The position numbers were made by a program, and so were the translations under genes. The notes beneath the pieces were generated by a model that worked only from the letters and a program-made list of their open reading frames with translations, did not search any database and was not told where the DNA came from. A DNA stretch of 64,000 nt from Candidatus Parcubacteria bacterium. Lineage in GTDB: Bacteria; Patescibacteriota; Minisyncoccia; Phycocordibacterales; Phycocordibacteraceae. How positions within the stretch are numbered: the first letter of the stretch is position 1; the number at the start of each line of letters is the position of its first letter. The stretch covers positions 150,037 to 214,036 of the forward strand of contig JAXDML010000010.1 in assembly GCA_034666125.1 (NCBI GenBank). The letters are read 5' to 3'. Below are positions 38,119 through 45,995 of the stretch, piece by piece.

Positions 38119-38292
38119 TTATATCTGAGGCGGAGTCTTCTTCTTGCTCTTCACTACGCTGACGATGCCGATAATTACCACTACGAGTCCGAGCAACTGC
38201 GCTCCGGGACTATCATCGATTCCGCCGTATACGAACATGAATGCTCCGAAAGCTATCGCGAGAATGGAACATAGCAACCTTCCTTTATTCAT
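38119..38292 (-). CDS. 57-aa two-TM protein (below ORF-track cutoff)
   Basis: MNKGRLLCSILAIAFGAFMFVYGGIDDSPGAQLLGLVVVIIGIVSVVKSKKKTPPQI read from the sequence. Confidence 0.65.
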   Translation of the reverse strand: MNKGRLLCSILAIAFGAFMFVYGGIDDSPGAQLLGLVVVIIGIVSVVKSKKKTPPQI

Positions 38293-38433
38293 ATAAAGAT
38301 CCTACCAAATGGGGAAATAAAAGAAAAAGGGCCCGGTATTTACTCCGGGACAGGGAAGTATACAAAAGGAAAAGGCCATCTGGGGGGAGACGACCGATTC
38401 CTTTGGTCCTCTCCCGGCTGATGGCCTTGGGCG

Positions 38434-38676
38434 TCAGTCCTCCTTGGTCGACGCCGCCGCTTCGAGCCGCTGCGCCACGTGCTCGATGTAGAGCAGGATG
38501 GCGCAGAGCATGAAGCCCAGTGTGATGACGACGAGCACCGCACCCCCGCCGATCTTGATGAAGCTCTGGTTCGGCGACGCCAGGACGATGGTGGCGAAGA
38601 AGGCGAAGATCAGCGCCATGACGACGTAGGTCGCGCTATCTTTGGCACCCCTGGCAATTCTTTCCGACTTGGACAT
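38434..38676 (-). CDS. Small two-TM membrane protein
   Basis: AAGGAG SD, upstream TTGACA; two hydrophobic helices. Confidence 0.65.
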   Translation of the reverse strand: MSKSERIARGAKDSATYVVMALIFAFFATIVLASPNQSFIKIGGGAVLVVITLGFMLCAILLYIEHVAQRLEAAASTKED

Positions 38677-38773
38677 CTTTCTCTCCTTGAAACATCAGTG
38701 GATTCATAGGCAGATTGGCACATATAGCCTACTTTTGTCAATCCAGCAGGGAAGTCAGATCTATACTGGAGGG

Positions 38774-38947
38774 ATGGAGAGAAAATGCGATGGGTGCGGA
38801 AATGAGATGCGTAGGATCGGTTCTTTTGCTCGAACAAAACGAGAAGGAGAGCGCTCATTCAAGAGCGACGGCTCGGTGCAATACCAGTGTATCAACGAAG
38901 TTTGCTCTGAGTACGAGAAAGTAGTGACGATTCAGCCGGGGGAGTAA
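38774..38947 (+). CDS. Small zinc-ribbon protein (57 aa)
   Basis: CDGC...CINEVC; TATACT just upstream. Confidence 0.55.
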   Translation: MERKCDGCGNEMRRIGSFARTKREGERSFKSDGSVQYQCINEVCSEYEKVVTIQPGE

Positions 38948-39260
38948 CCGGGTTGCGCGAAGTGGGGTTAATTCTTTGTTTCTAGAAGAGGGCATAGACT
39001 TGGACGACTCAAAGAAGTCTTGAGGAAAACTTGAGAACCTCTTCTGTAGGGTAGGGGAGTCCCCGGCACTTAGATCGGGGACGTGAGTAACTGCAGATTA
39101 CCGCTATGACGAAGGTAAAAGCGTGGCATTCGGCCAGGGAGACTGACCGTCAGGTATACCACGACAACGATGCGTGCACAGAAGGGAACAACATTGAAGA
39201 GAAGTACCGCCGGGAAGGTACTGACAATCGTCCTCAATGTGACCACTGTAGACGCCTCAG

Positions 39261-39518
39261 TTAAGGGTTTGTAGCGGAGTCTGCCCGGACGTAGCATCCC
39301 TGATACTTCTTCGGGAGGTCTGGGTGATCGCTCCTCTGGCACTCCCCGTGCAACCAGAACCATCGTCCCGTCTTGTCTTCGTCGGCAGCCGGGACGATGG
39401 TCTTTTGTATTACTGAGAGCTCGTAGTGAAGTCCGTCGTGTATGTAGGTGTCATCCTCTTCGGCCTCCGTCTTAGCCGCGCAGTAGATTTGACCGTTTTT
39501 TCGTATCCGTAGAGCCAT
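39261..39518 (-). CDS. Hypothetical phage-like protein
   Basis: MALRIRKNGQIYCAAK...YIHDGLHYELSV; plausible composition. Confidence 0.55.
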   Translation of the reverse strand: MALRIRKNGQIYCAAKTEAEEDDTYIHDGLHYELSVIQKTIVPAADEDKTGRWFWLHGECQRSDHPDLPKKYQGCYVRADSATNP

Positions 39519-39763
39519 AGGGTAGGGAAGTCAGGTATAATGGGGGTGTAAGGTCAAGTCGAGCAAAGTTTAGTAAAGTCGAGTTAAGCAGATGAACTAT
39601 GGGCCTCGTGCCCTGCCCTCGCTTGCGAGGAAAAAGAGACCTTAGACCTGGGAACCTAGATCAGTAACATGGCTCCGCGCTCCAAAAGTCCACGCGCGTG
39701 GCAGGGAAGAGTTCGTTTGTCGTTACTGACCTAATCACTCCCAGGTCTAAACTCTATTTAAGT

Positions 39764-39845
39764 ACAACGCACAATATCTGGATCAAATATTTCTGTCTTT
39801 TGTCAAGGCTTTGGGGCTCATTATTGAAAAGTGGGGAGACCCTTA
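39764..39845. repeat. ~82-bp direct repeat, copy 1
   Basis: Matches 42953-43035 except one substitution and a 1-nt indel. Confidence 0.95.
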
Positions 39846-40120
39846 GAACGATCTAGGGGAGGCTCGGCAAGAAGAGAAATATGTTGTAGTTTGGACGCGA
39901 AAATCGTCCACAAGTTGTCCACTTAGGGTCGCGCTTGCGTCAAAATAGCCTCGGGTTAGGATACTTGGAGGAGAGTGGTTACCTTCCTTTTCCACTCCTC
40001 TGAAACGGTCAGTCCGGCCTTTTTATCAGACAACTACTAGCTCGCGGGCTCTAAATCCCAGAAAGGGGTTATTTTTCGTCCTTGTGCGTTCAGAACTTTG
40101 AAAACTTGAGTATTGAAGTG

Positions 40121-40222
40121 TGCCCCGACCGGGAATCGAACCCGGATCATTTCCTGAGAGAGGGAACGCCCTTTCGGGTGGAGTTTTCTAGACTCTTGCT
40201 CTATCCATTGAGCTATCGGGGC
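40121..40222 (-). ncRNA. tRNA-like element (102 nt) with two extra stem-loops and no CCA
   Basis: GCCCCGA/TCGGGGC-A acceptor, D-arm GCTC-AATGGATA-GAGC, T-arm CCGGG-TTCGATT-CCCGG, three internal hairpins. Confidence 0.8.
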
Positions 40223-40514
40223 ACGCTTCAGTACTCAAGATGCTTATGAGATGGGCAGTAGGTCGAAACCTTTTCGGCACACTGCCCAGCCCGTAAGGAC
40301 TGGGTAAATCTCTGGCGAGATTTAGGAAAGGGATCGGGTATTACCTGGTCCTTTTTCCGTTATCATTTCGCTCGCGGATGGTAGTGTCGGGGAACTTGTC
40401 GTTCACCCATTCACGGACATACCTTCCGGTCTTGGCGCTGCGATAAGAGTAGGGAATAAGCCTAGTCGTTAGTCGCGTCTAAACACCCGCATTGTCACTG
40501 CGGGGCCACTTTTC

Positions 40515-40711
40515 TCGGGAGACCGACCTCCGTCGCCTGCCGCTACGTATCGGCGGGGTATAGTGAGAAACGACACTTGTATCCGATACAAATAGAACCC
40601 ATCCCGACATCTGGCGTAGGCGCTCTCCCTTTCGGGTATCACGCCATACTGGCGAGTGGTCTCTTGAAACCTACGCCAGATGTCGAAACAGGTTCTCTGT
40701 TTCGGGAGAGC
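40515..40711 (-). promoter_or_regulatory. Box/anti-box hairpin element C
   Basis: 16-bp perfect stem 40605-40620/40670-40685; box 40704-40711, anti-box 40622-40629, partial box 40515-40522. Confidence 0.55.
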
Positions 40712-40909
40712 ATATGAGGGGGACCAACCCCTGTTTATGAAAGTACCGCCCAGCGATTGAGCGTAGCTTTAGTATAACCGAACCGCGCCAAGCTCGTCTT
40801 GGGGATAGGGGTCGCTCCGAAACAGTCCGGCTATAAGGCAAGGGCAAATTGAGCGCTCCTTCTTGGTCCAGGTATTGTGCGATACAGCGATATAAACCGA
40901 GAAGGGAAG

Positions 40910-41125
40910 TTAACCTTTCAGTTTCTTCAGAGCGGCCTTCATGATTTTCTTACGTCCTTCACTCGGGCTGATCTCACGTGCCGCTTCGAAAAGGGCTTCT
41001 TTAGAGGCTTTCTTGGTCGCTTCCGCGAGCTTCGCCAGTTGCTTCACCGCGAAGTCAACCTCCCACTTCTGCTTAAAGGCTATAAGGTTGCGGTCTTCTT
41101 TCACTTTCTTTGGGTCGTCGGCCAT
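40910..41125 (-). CDS. Small basic protein (DUF3606-like)
   Basis: MADDPKK...DRNLIAFKQKWEVDF. Confidence 0.6.
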   Translation of the reverse strand: MADDPKKVKEDRNLIAFKQKWEVDFAVKQLAKLAEATKKASKEALFEAAREISPSEGRKKIMKAALKKLKG

Positions 41126-41189
41126 AAGTATAGAGTTACTAATACCCCTTAACCCTATCAGAGTCCGTATTTGGCGGGGGAGGGTAGTC

Positions 41190-41567
41190 CTACTTTCCCT
41201 GAAGCTTCTTGAGCTCTTTAGTGAGCTTTTCTATCTGTTTCAGGAGCTCGTCGATTCGCTTCTGGTTCTTAGAGACGGCGGGACCGTTCGCCTTACACTC
41301 GCCCCCTTTGGTTAGGTAGTAGCCTGCGTTGCAACTGAACTTACAAGTGCTTTTGGCGGTTATGAGAACGGTCGCGTTCTTGGGAGCACTCTTCGTACAG
41401 GCTTTGAGGGCCTTGTTCTCGCAAGATCTGAGCTCGATCTTCTGACTCGCGGTCGGATTCGGTCCGAACGAAGTACGCATCGATGCGCAGCTGGAAGTGT
41501 TAAATGCCGCGTGTGCAGGCACCGACAAAAGAAATACAGCAATTAGCCCTATAAGGGTCTTTTTCAT
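41190..41567 (-). CDS. Secreted Cys-rich protein with C-terminal coiled coil
   Basis: Signal peptide AHA|A, TCKFSCNAGYY...GGEC. Confidence 0.7.
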   Translation of the reverse strand: MKKTLIGLIAVFLLSVPAHAAFNTSSCASMRTSFGPNPTASQKIELRSCENKALKACTKSAPKNATVLITAKSTCKFSCNAGYYLTKGGECKANGPAVSKNQKRIDELLKQIEKLTKELKKLQGK

Positions 41568-41568
41568 A

Positions 41569-41670
41569 GTGGAAGGTTTAAGTGTCTAAACGGTGCACCG
41601 CCCGAGGGTATCCCGGAAACCTTCCACGGAAACCGGGACCTGAACTCAGCCGGTGCATTGGTGGAAGGTT
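41569..41670 (-). promoter_or_regulatory. Box/anti-box hairpin leader A
   Basis: AACCTTCCAC (- strand) at 41661-41670 and 41569-41578; complement at 41618-41627 inside a hairpin. Confidence 0.75.
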
Positions 41671-41765
41671 ATATGTGGCCCTCTAGGGTACTGAACCTCA
41701 GTATACAACGGCTCCTTTTGAGGAAACAACGGGTCGTGGGGTAGGGGAGGCCTTATACTTTGGGG

Positions 41766-42614
41766 ATGGTCGATTTCCTATATAACTGGCAGACCCTGCT
41801 GGGCTCTTTGCTGGGAGCAGGCGTCCCATTGTCTTTACTGCTCGTCGGTAGGTTTTATTTTCAGAGACGGGATCACTTACGATCTCTGCATAAATTTGTG
41901 CTCCTTGCGAGCAATAACCTGATTGAGATAGATAGAACCGTTAGGGAGTTCAGGGACATTCGTATCGAGAAGCTCCTCTCAGACCTGGCGCGGGACCTGG
42001 AGGCGAACGAACCAAAATTCGTGGTGCCAATGGCGTATTTTCCACTTCAATCAGTCTTACGTTTACCAGACGACCTAATTAATCAGTCCACTGAAAGTGG
42101 GTATGTTGACACATGGGGACTCGAAGTTCTCTCGAAGTCCCGCGATCTTGAGAAGATAATGGACGACCTCCAGAGACAGTTCGAAGCGACTCTGGCTATG
42201 AATAAGGAATTAACTTTCTTGCTGTCGAATAAAATTGACGAAAAGGATAGAGAAGCCGCCCTAAGGCATTCGAGAGGCCTTATTTCCAGTCTGCGCCAAC
42301 AAATTACAGATTACGCAATCGTTCTCGAAAGAGACTTCTTTGGAAAGAACGTGCCTATCTATCTAAAGAGTCTCGCCACAACGTTGGCGGTCATAGATGA
42401 ATACAACCGAATTGGTTATATGTCTTGGAAATGGAAGTTCCGGATAGGCTTTAAGTGCTACAGAAATAAGGAATCGTATTTGCATGCAAAGGCCAACATC
42501 ATGAAAAAGATCGATCTTTACCTAAAAGAGAAAGTAGACGCAAAAATTGCCAGTACATTAGAACTGCTTACGCAGAGTCAATCGACATCTGTAGTGGTCC
42601 GTCAGGAGAGCTGA
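41766..42614 (+). CDS. Hypothetical protein with N-terminal TM
   Basis: NWQTLLGSLLGAG hydrophobic N-terminus; long AT-richer ORF. Confidence 0.7.
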   Translation: MVDFLYNWQTLLGSLLGAGVPLSLLLVGRFYFQRRDHLRSLHKFVLLASNNLIEIDRTVREFRDIRIEKLLSDLARDLEANEPKFVVPMAYFPLQSVLRLPDDLINQSTESGYVDTWGLEVLSKSRDLEKIMDDLQRQFEATLAMNKELTFLLSNKIDEKDREAALRHSRGLISSLRQQITDYAIVLERDFFGKNVPIYLKSLATTLAVIDEYNRIGYMSWKWKFRIGFKCYRNKESYLHAKANIMKKIDLYLKEKVDAKIASTLELLTQSQSTSVVVRQES

Positions 42615-42828
42615 TAGTCCAAATAGTGCTCGGGTAATGTCTGACCAAAAGGGCAGGGGAGTCAGCCTTAGACACCCCTAAAGGCTGATCTTCTTCTTTT
42701 TTGTTCATAGGGTAGGGAAGTCAGGGTGTGAGCCCTGAAAAGCCAGCCTGATTTTGCTACTATTCTCGTGGGGTAGGGAGACAAGTCCCTACCCCAGTCA
42801 GTTACGGCCATAGAGGGGACCCAGATTC

Positions 42829-42882
42829 ATGGACATCCTCGAACTGATCCTTATCTACCTGATTCTTAAAAAGATCCTGTAG
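42829..42882 (+). CDS. 17-aa hydrophobic peptide, candidate type I toxin
   Basis: MDILELILIYLILKKIL with upstream AGAGGGG SD and promoter-like CTGAAA-17-TACTAT. Confidence 0.5.
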   Translation: MDILELILIYLILKKIL

Positions 42883-42952
42883 AGAAGGGAGTACGGACCG
42901 CGTTACAAGCGCGGTTTCTGCTTTCGGGCTGGCTTTTGAAGGTTCAAATCAA

Positions 42953-43035
42953 ACAACGCACAATATCTGGAACAAATATTTCTGTCTTTTGTCAAGGCTT
43001 TGGGGCTCATTATTGAAAAGTGGGGAAGACCCTTA
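42953..43035. repeat. ~82-bp direct repeat, copy 2
   Basis: Matches 39764-39845. Confidence 0.95.
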
Positions 43036-43122
43036 AAGCAATTCGAAGCAGCCTCGCCGAAAACAGAAGTGTGTTCTAGTTTGACGCATCTTCAGCGAAG
43101 ATTTAGGCTTAATGTTACAAAC

Positions 43123-43530
43123 TTGAAGAACACCAAGAAAAAGAAGGTCCGGACAAGACCACATACCCGTACTGATGTGATTTCAGACACGGAAAGGCTG
43201 GAGATCCACTACTGGACCTTAGGAAGTAGGGTGACTAGATTTGCTGTTTGCTACTGCTGCGAGATCGACGGGGAATGGGTGAGTATCACTTGGTGTGATG
43301 ACGCGCATCTCGAAAAAGGAAGGTATGTCGGCAAAGGCCGAAAAGGGCATTGCCACAGTTTCTCGGCCCAGGGTGGCAAACTTGTAGAAAACGAGTATCT
43401 TTTAGGTCTGGGGACTCCGGCTGAGCATCTGACTGAGGTTCTGAATAATTTCAAGAAGAATCACGAGCAAATACGGGCTCAGTATATGAAGGCTGTGGAG
43501 AAAGCCGCTAGACAGGCAAAGAATAGGTAA
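43123..43530 (+). CDS. Putative toxin (TumE/DUF6516-like fold); start uncertain
   Basis: FAVCY...IDGEWVSITWCDDAH...HCH; TTGACG-17-TAGGCT promoter at 43081-43109. Confidence 0.5.
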   Translation: MKNTKKKKVRTRPHTRTDVISDTERLEIHYWTLGSRVTRFAVCYCCEIDGEWVSITWCDDAHLEKGRYVGKGRKGHCHSFSAQGGKLVENEYLLGLGTPAEHLTEVLNNFKKNHEQIRAQYMKAVEKAARQAKNR

Positions 43531-43540
43531 GAATATAGAT

Positions 43541-43801
43541 ATGGCTGCTACTAACAAAAGGATCGTAAGAAAGAATCTGACCTGCTCAGTGGCTTTTAAC
43601 GAATACTTAATCAAGAACTCTGGTAAGAGAATCCTGCCTAATGGAGCAACCGTAGTTTTTAGTGATACGAGAGACGCCGCCTTTTCGGCTGCGAATAGAT
43701 TACTTTGTAATAGCATAGTCAGAAGTGGGGAAAGTTGCTACATAGCAGAAAAAAGCGGCAGGTCTTGGAATGTAGATAGAATATCTCCGGTCAGCAGATA
43801 G
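43541..43801 (+). CDS. DUF5647-like small protein, putative antitoxin
   Basis: KNL...FNEYLIKN...LPNGATVVF...D..FS..N. Confidence 0.5.
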   Translation: MAATNKRIVRKNLTCSVAFNEYLIKNSGKRILPNGATVVFSDTRDAAFSAANRLLCNSIVRSGESCYIAEKSGRSWNVDRISPVSR

Positions 43802-43860
43802 AGGTAGTTGTCTAAACAGAAAAGCCGCCCTACGGCGGTTCTTTTCTTGGAGGAGGGGAG

Positions 43861-44013
43861 TTACTTCTTCCCGCGAGGCTTGTTGGCTGCGTTATCAAGA
43901 GCAACTGCCGCTAACGTCTTCACTTGGGCACTTGTTGGCTTGATCGCACCACTGAGAACCTTCGAAGCCAGGGTCGCATTCTTCGAGGAGGTCACGTCAT
44001 CTTTCTTTGCCAT
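43861..44013 (-). CDS. 50-aa basic protein (below ORF-track cutoff)
   Basis: MAKKDDVTSSKNATLASKVLSGAIKPTSAQVKTLAAVALDNAANKPRGKK; terminator-like hairpin at ~43820-43847. Confidence 0.6.
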   Translation of the reverse strand: MAKKDDVTSSKNATLASKVLSGAIKPTSAQVKTLAAVALDNAANKPRGKK

Positions 44014-44089
44014 AACTGTAGTGGTTAACTAATAATCTCCTATAACTCTACCAGAGTCCGTATTTGGCCAGGGGAGGGGATAACGGGAG

Positions 44090-44656
44090 TTAGTCGTCTC
44101 CAATCCTCCCGGCAGTTAATCTGCTTAACTCTGCCTTCCATTTCGCCCGGGCAGCTGCATTGGCTGATACTGTGACCGATATATCGCTTGGTATCGGGTC
44201 GGCATCCATCTTCTGTATTTCGGGGTTCGAGATCCTCTCGCTAAGAGGCGAGTAACTGCTCAGTAACTCGTTTGTGCCGAGGTTCTGTATGAAGTAACTT
44301 GTCTCAGTAATCCAACTGCGCTCCCCAGTACTCATCACTTGGAACGAGTCTTCTGTAGTGCTGTATCCGCCCACACACTCTTTGAGTTCAGGACTGAACC
44401 CGACAAGGAAACTACTCATGTCCATACGAACGACCATTCTCTCTGGGTACCCGTTTGTTATGGCTTTCTGGCTATAGAAGTCCTGGATCCCAGCCGTACG
44501 CTCACGGAATGCGTCTAGTTTCTGAGAACAGTCTTTCGAGTCGGCACTGCCTAACGTCTTTGGAGTCGAACTGCCAATGGCGTAAACCGTAATTGCAAAA
44601 ATCAAGAGGACGACACACGCGCCCAGGGCGAATCCCTCAAAGGAGATTTTCCTCAT
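44090..44656 (-). CDS. Membrane-anchored hypothetical protein
   Basis: N-terminal TM FALGACVVLLIFAITVYAI. Confidence 0.65.
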   Translation of the reverse strand: MRKISFEGFALGACVVLLIFAITVYAIGSSTPKTLGSADSKDCSQKLDAFRERTAGIQDFYSQKAITNGYPERMVVRMDMSSFLVGFSPELKECVGGYSTTEDSFQVMSTGERSWITETSYFIQNLGTNELLSSYSPLSERISNPEIQKMDADPIPSDISVTVSANAAARAKWKAELSRLTAGRIGDD

Positions 44657-44658
44657 AG

Positions 44659-45027
44659 CTAGAAGGAGCCACAAGCCTGTACCATACCGTTAGATAGGTA
44701 GCTGCATACGGACGTCTGGGTCCCCAATTGCTTGTCGATCTCCTGTATCTCTTTCGCCGCAGCGTTCCTCTGCTGTGCGGTTACCTTCATATTCCGGTTC
44801 AGTTTGACGAGCTCCGCTTTGCGCCGCTCAAGCTTCTCAGTCTTAGCCGAGGTCTTAACTGGGGTCTTTTTGTCGATCTGAACGACCGACCTTCCTTCAA
44901 GAGCAGAGACACGTTTCTCAAGGGCCAGGAGCCTTGAAGCGAGAGAACCGATAGAGTCAGGGGCTGCGTACGTGAAGGCGGGCACGATCAGGACGCCCAG
45001 AACGAAGCCCGCAAGGGTCTTTTTCAT
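44659..45027 (-). CDS. Secreted coiled-coil protein
   Basis: Signal peptide MKKTLAGFVLGVLIVPAFTYA. Confidence 0.7.
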   Translation of the reverse strand: MKKTLAGFVLGVLIVPAFTYAAPDSIGSLASRLLALEKRVSALEGRSVVQIDKKTPVKTSAKTEKLERRKAELVKLNRNMKVTAQQRNAAAKEIQEIDKQLGTQTSVCSYLSNGMVQACGSF

Positions 45028-45028
45028 A

Positions 45029-45147
45029 GGGAAGTTTGCGTGAGGTTTCGTGGAATAAACGCACCGCCCAAGGATGGAATCTCCGAGCAAACTTCCCAGA
45101 AAGCCGGAGACCCCAAGGAACTTGGGCGGTGCGGTCGGGAAGTTTGC
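45029..45147 (-). promoter_or_regulatory. Box/anti-box hairpin leader B
   Basis: GCAAACTTCCC (- strand) at 45137-45147 and 45029-45039; complement 45087-45097 inside a 13-bp stem 45060-45072/45121-45133. Confidence 0.75.
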
Positions 45148-45292
45148 TGCTATGGGTGGTGTCACTACCACGATACAACAGGGCAGACCCCTTGTAAATA
45201 CTAGCCTGGGGACACATTTCACGTCCCTAAAGTTTTTCTAAAGGCGTTATCAACTGGAAATAGGGCAGGGAAGTGTGGTATAATGCAGAAGC

Positions 45293-45538
45293 ATGGACTT
45301 GAATAAACAAGAGAAAACCATGGCTGACGTGATACTCGTGTCCTACAATCCAGCGTTTTTCATGCTTGGAATGCAGCACGGGGAATCAGTCTCGGTGTAC
45401 ACCACTACCCCAGAAGGGGCTAAGGCGTTCGCCGAGAACCTTACGAAGCGTGTGGCTGAGTACGAATCCACGATACGTAAGATTGATTCCTCGGGTCTAC
45501 AGTTAGGGACCGTGTCACCGATCCAGCCTCGCAAATAA
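45293..45538 (+). CDS. DUF3467-like protein
   Basis: TPEGAKAFAENL...EYE...ID; extended -10 TGGTATAAT upstream. Confidence 0.6.
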   Translation: MDLNKQEKTMADVILVSYNPAFFMLGMQHGESVSVYTTTPEGAKAFAENLTKRVAEYESTIRKIDSSGLQLGTVSPIQPRK

Positions 45539-45640
45539 AGCTTTTTGTTCCTGTTACTTTAGAGAGTCCTTCTTTCATATTTCTACATCGCACAATATCT
45601 GTTTTGCGTAATACAAATACGTAAAGCACGCAAAGGCAGA

Positions 45641-45826
45641 TTAGGACTTTGCCCTTGGAGAGAGACTCTCAAGTAGTTTAGTGACTTGACTTACCATCTG
45701 TTCAACGACTGAACGCTTCATATGGAAGCTTGTAACGCGTCCTTGTTTGTTATGAAGATGAAGAAGTATCTCATCTTCAGCCTCCCTAACGTCCATTTTG
45801 ATATCTATGATAGGCAAGTTTTCCAT
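45641..45826 (-). CDS. Small hypothetical protein
   Basis: 61-aa ORF preceded by TATAAT. Confidence 0.5.
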   Translation of the reverse strand: MENLPIIDIKMDVREAEDEILLHLHNKQGRVTSFHMKRSVVEQMVSQVTKLLESLSPRAKS

Positions 45827-45995
45827 AGATCCATTATACTCGTTTATCCGAGATATGGCTCACTTATTGGTTTCTTTAGTACCAAGACCTACTCAACTTA
45901 TATGAAGAGCTGTGCGGGTCTTGAAGACTGCCAATAGGTGTTGGACTTCCGGTGAAGAATGAGACTAGTTTCTGAAGATTCCAAGGCTCCAGCTA

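Noticed and set aside
40121-40222. Calling the element a functional tRNA-Ser(AGA) or tRNA-Arg(TCT)
   Set aside because: Extra arms, A-C mismatches, no CCA and a non-canonical second loop; kept only as a tRNA-like RNA
40360-40460. - strand frame YRSAKTGRYVREWVNDKFPDTTIRE resembling a small basic protein family
   Set aside because: No ATG/GTG/TTG after the upstream in-frame TAG; at most a remnant
39764-43035. Repeats as a CRISPR array or attL/attR
   Set aside because: Only two long copies with no regular spacers, no cas gene or integrase, and they are internal to the island
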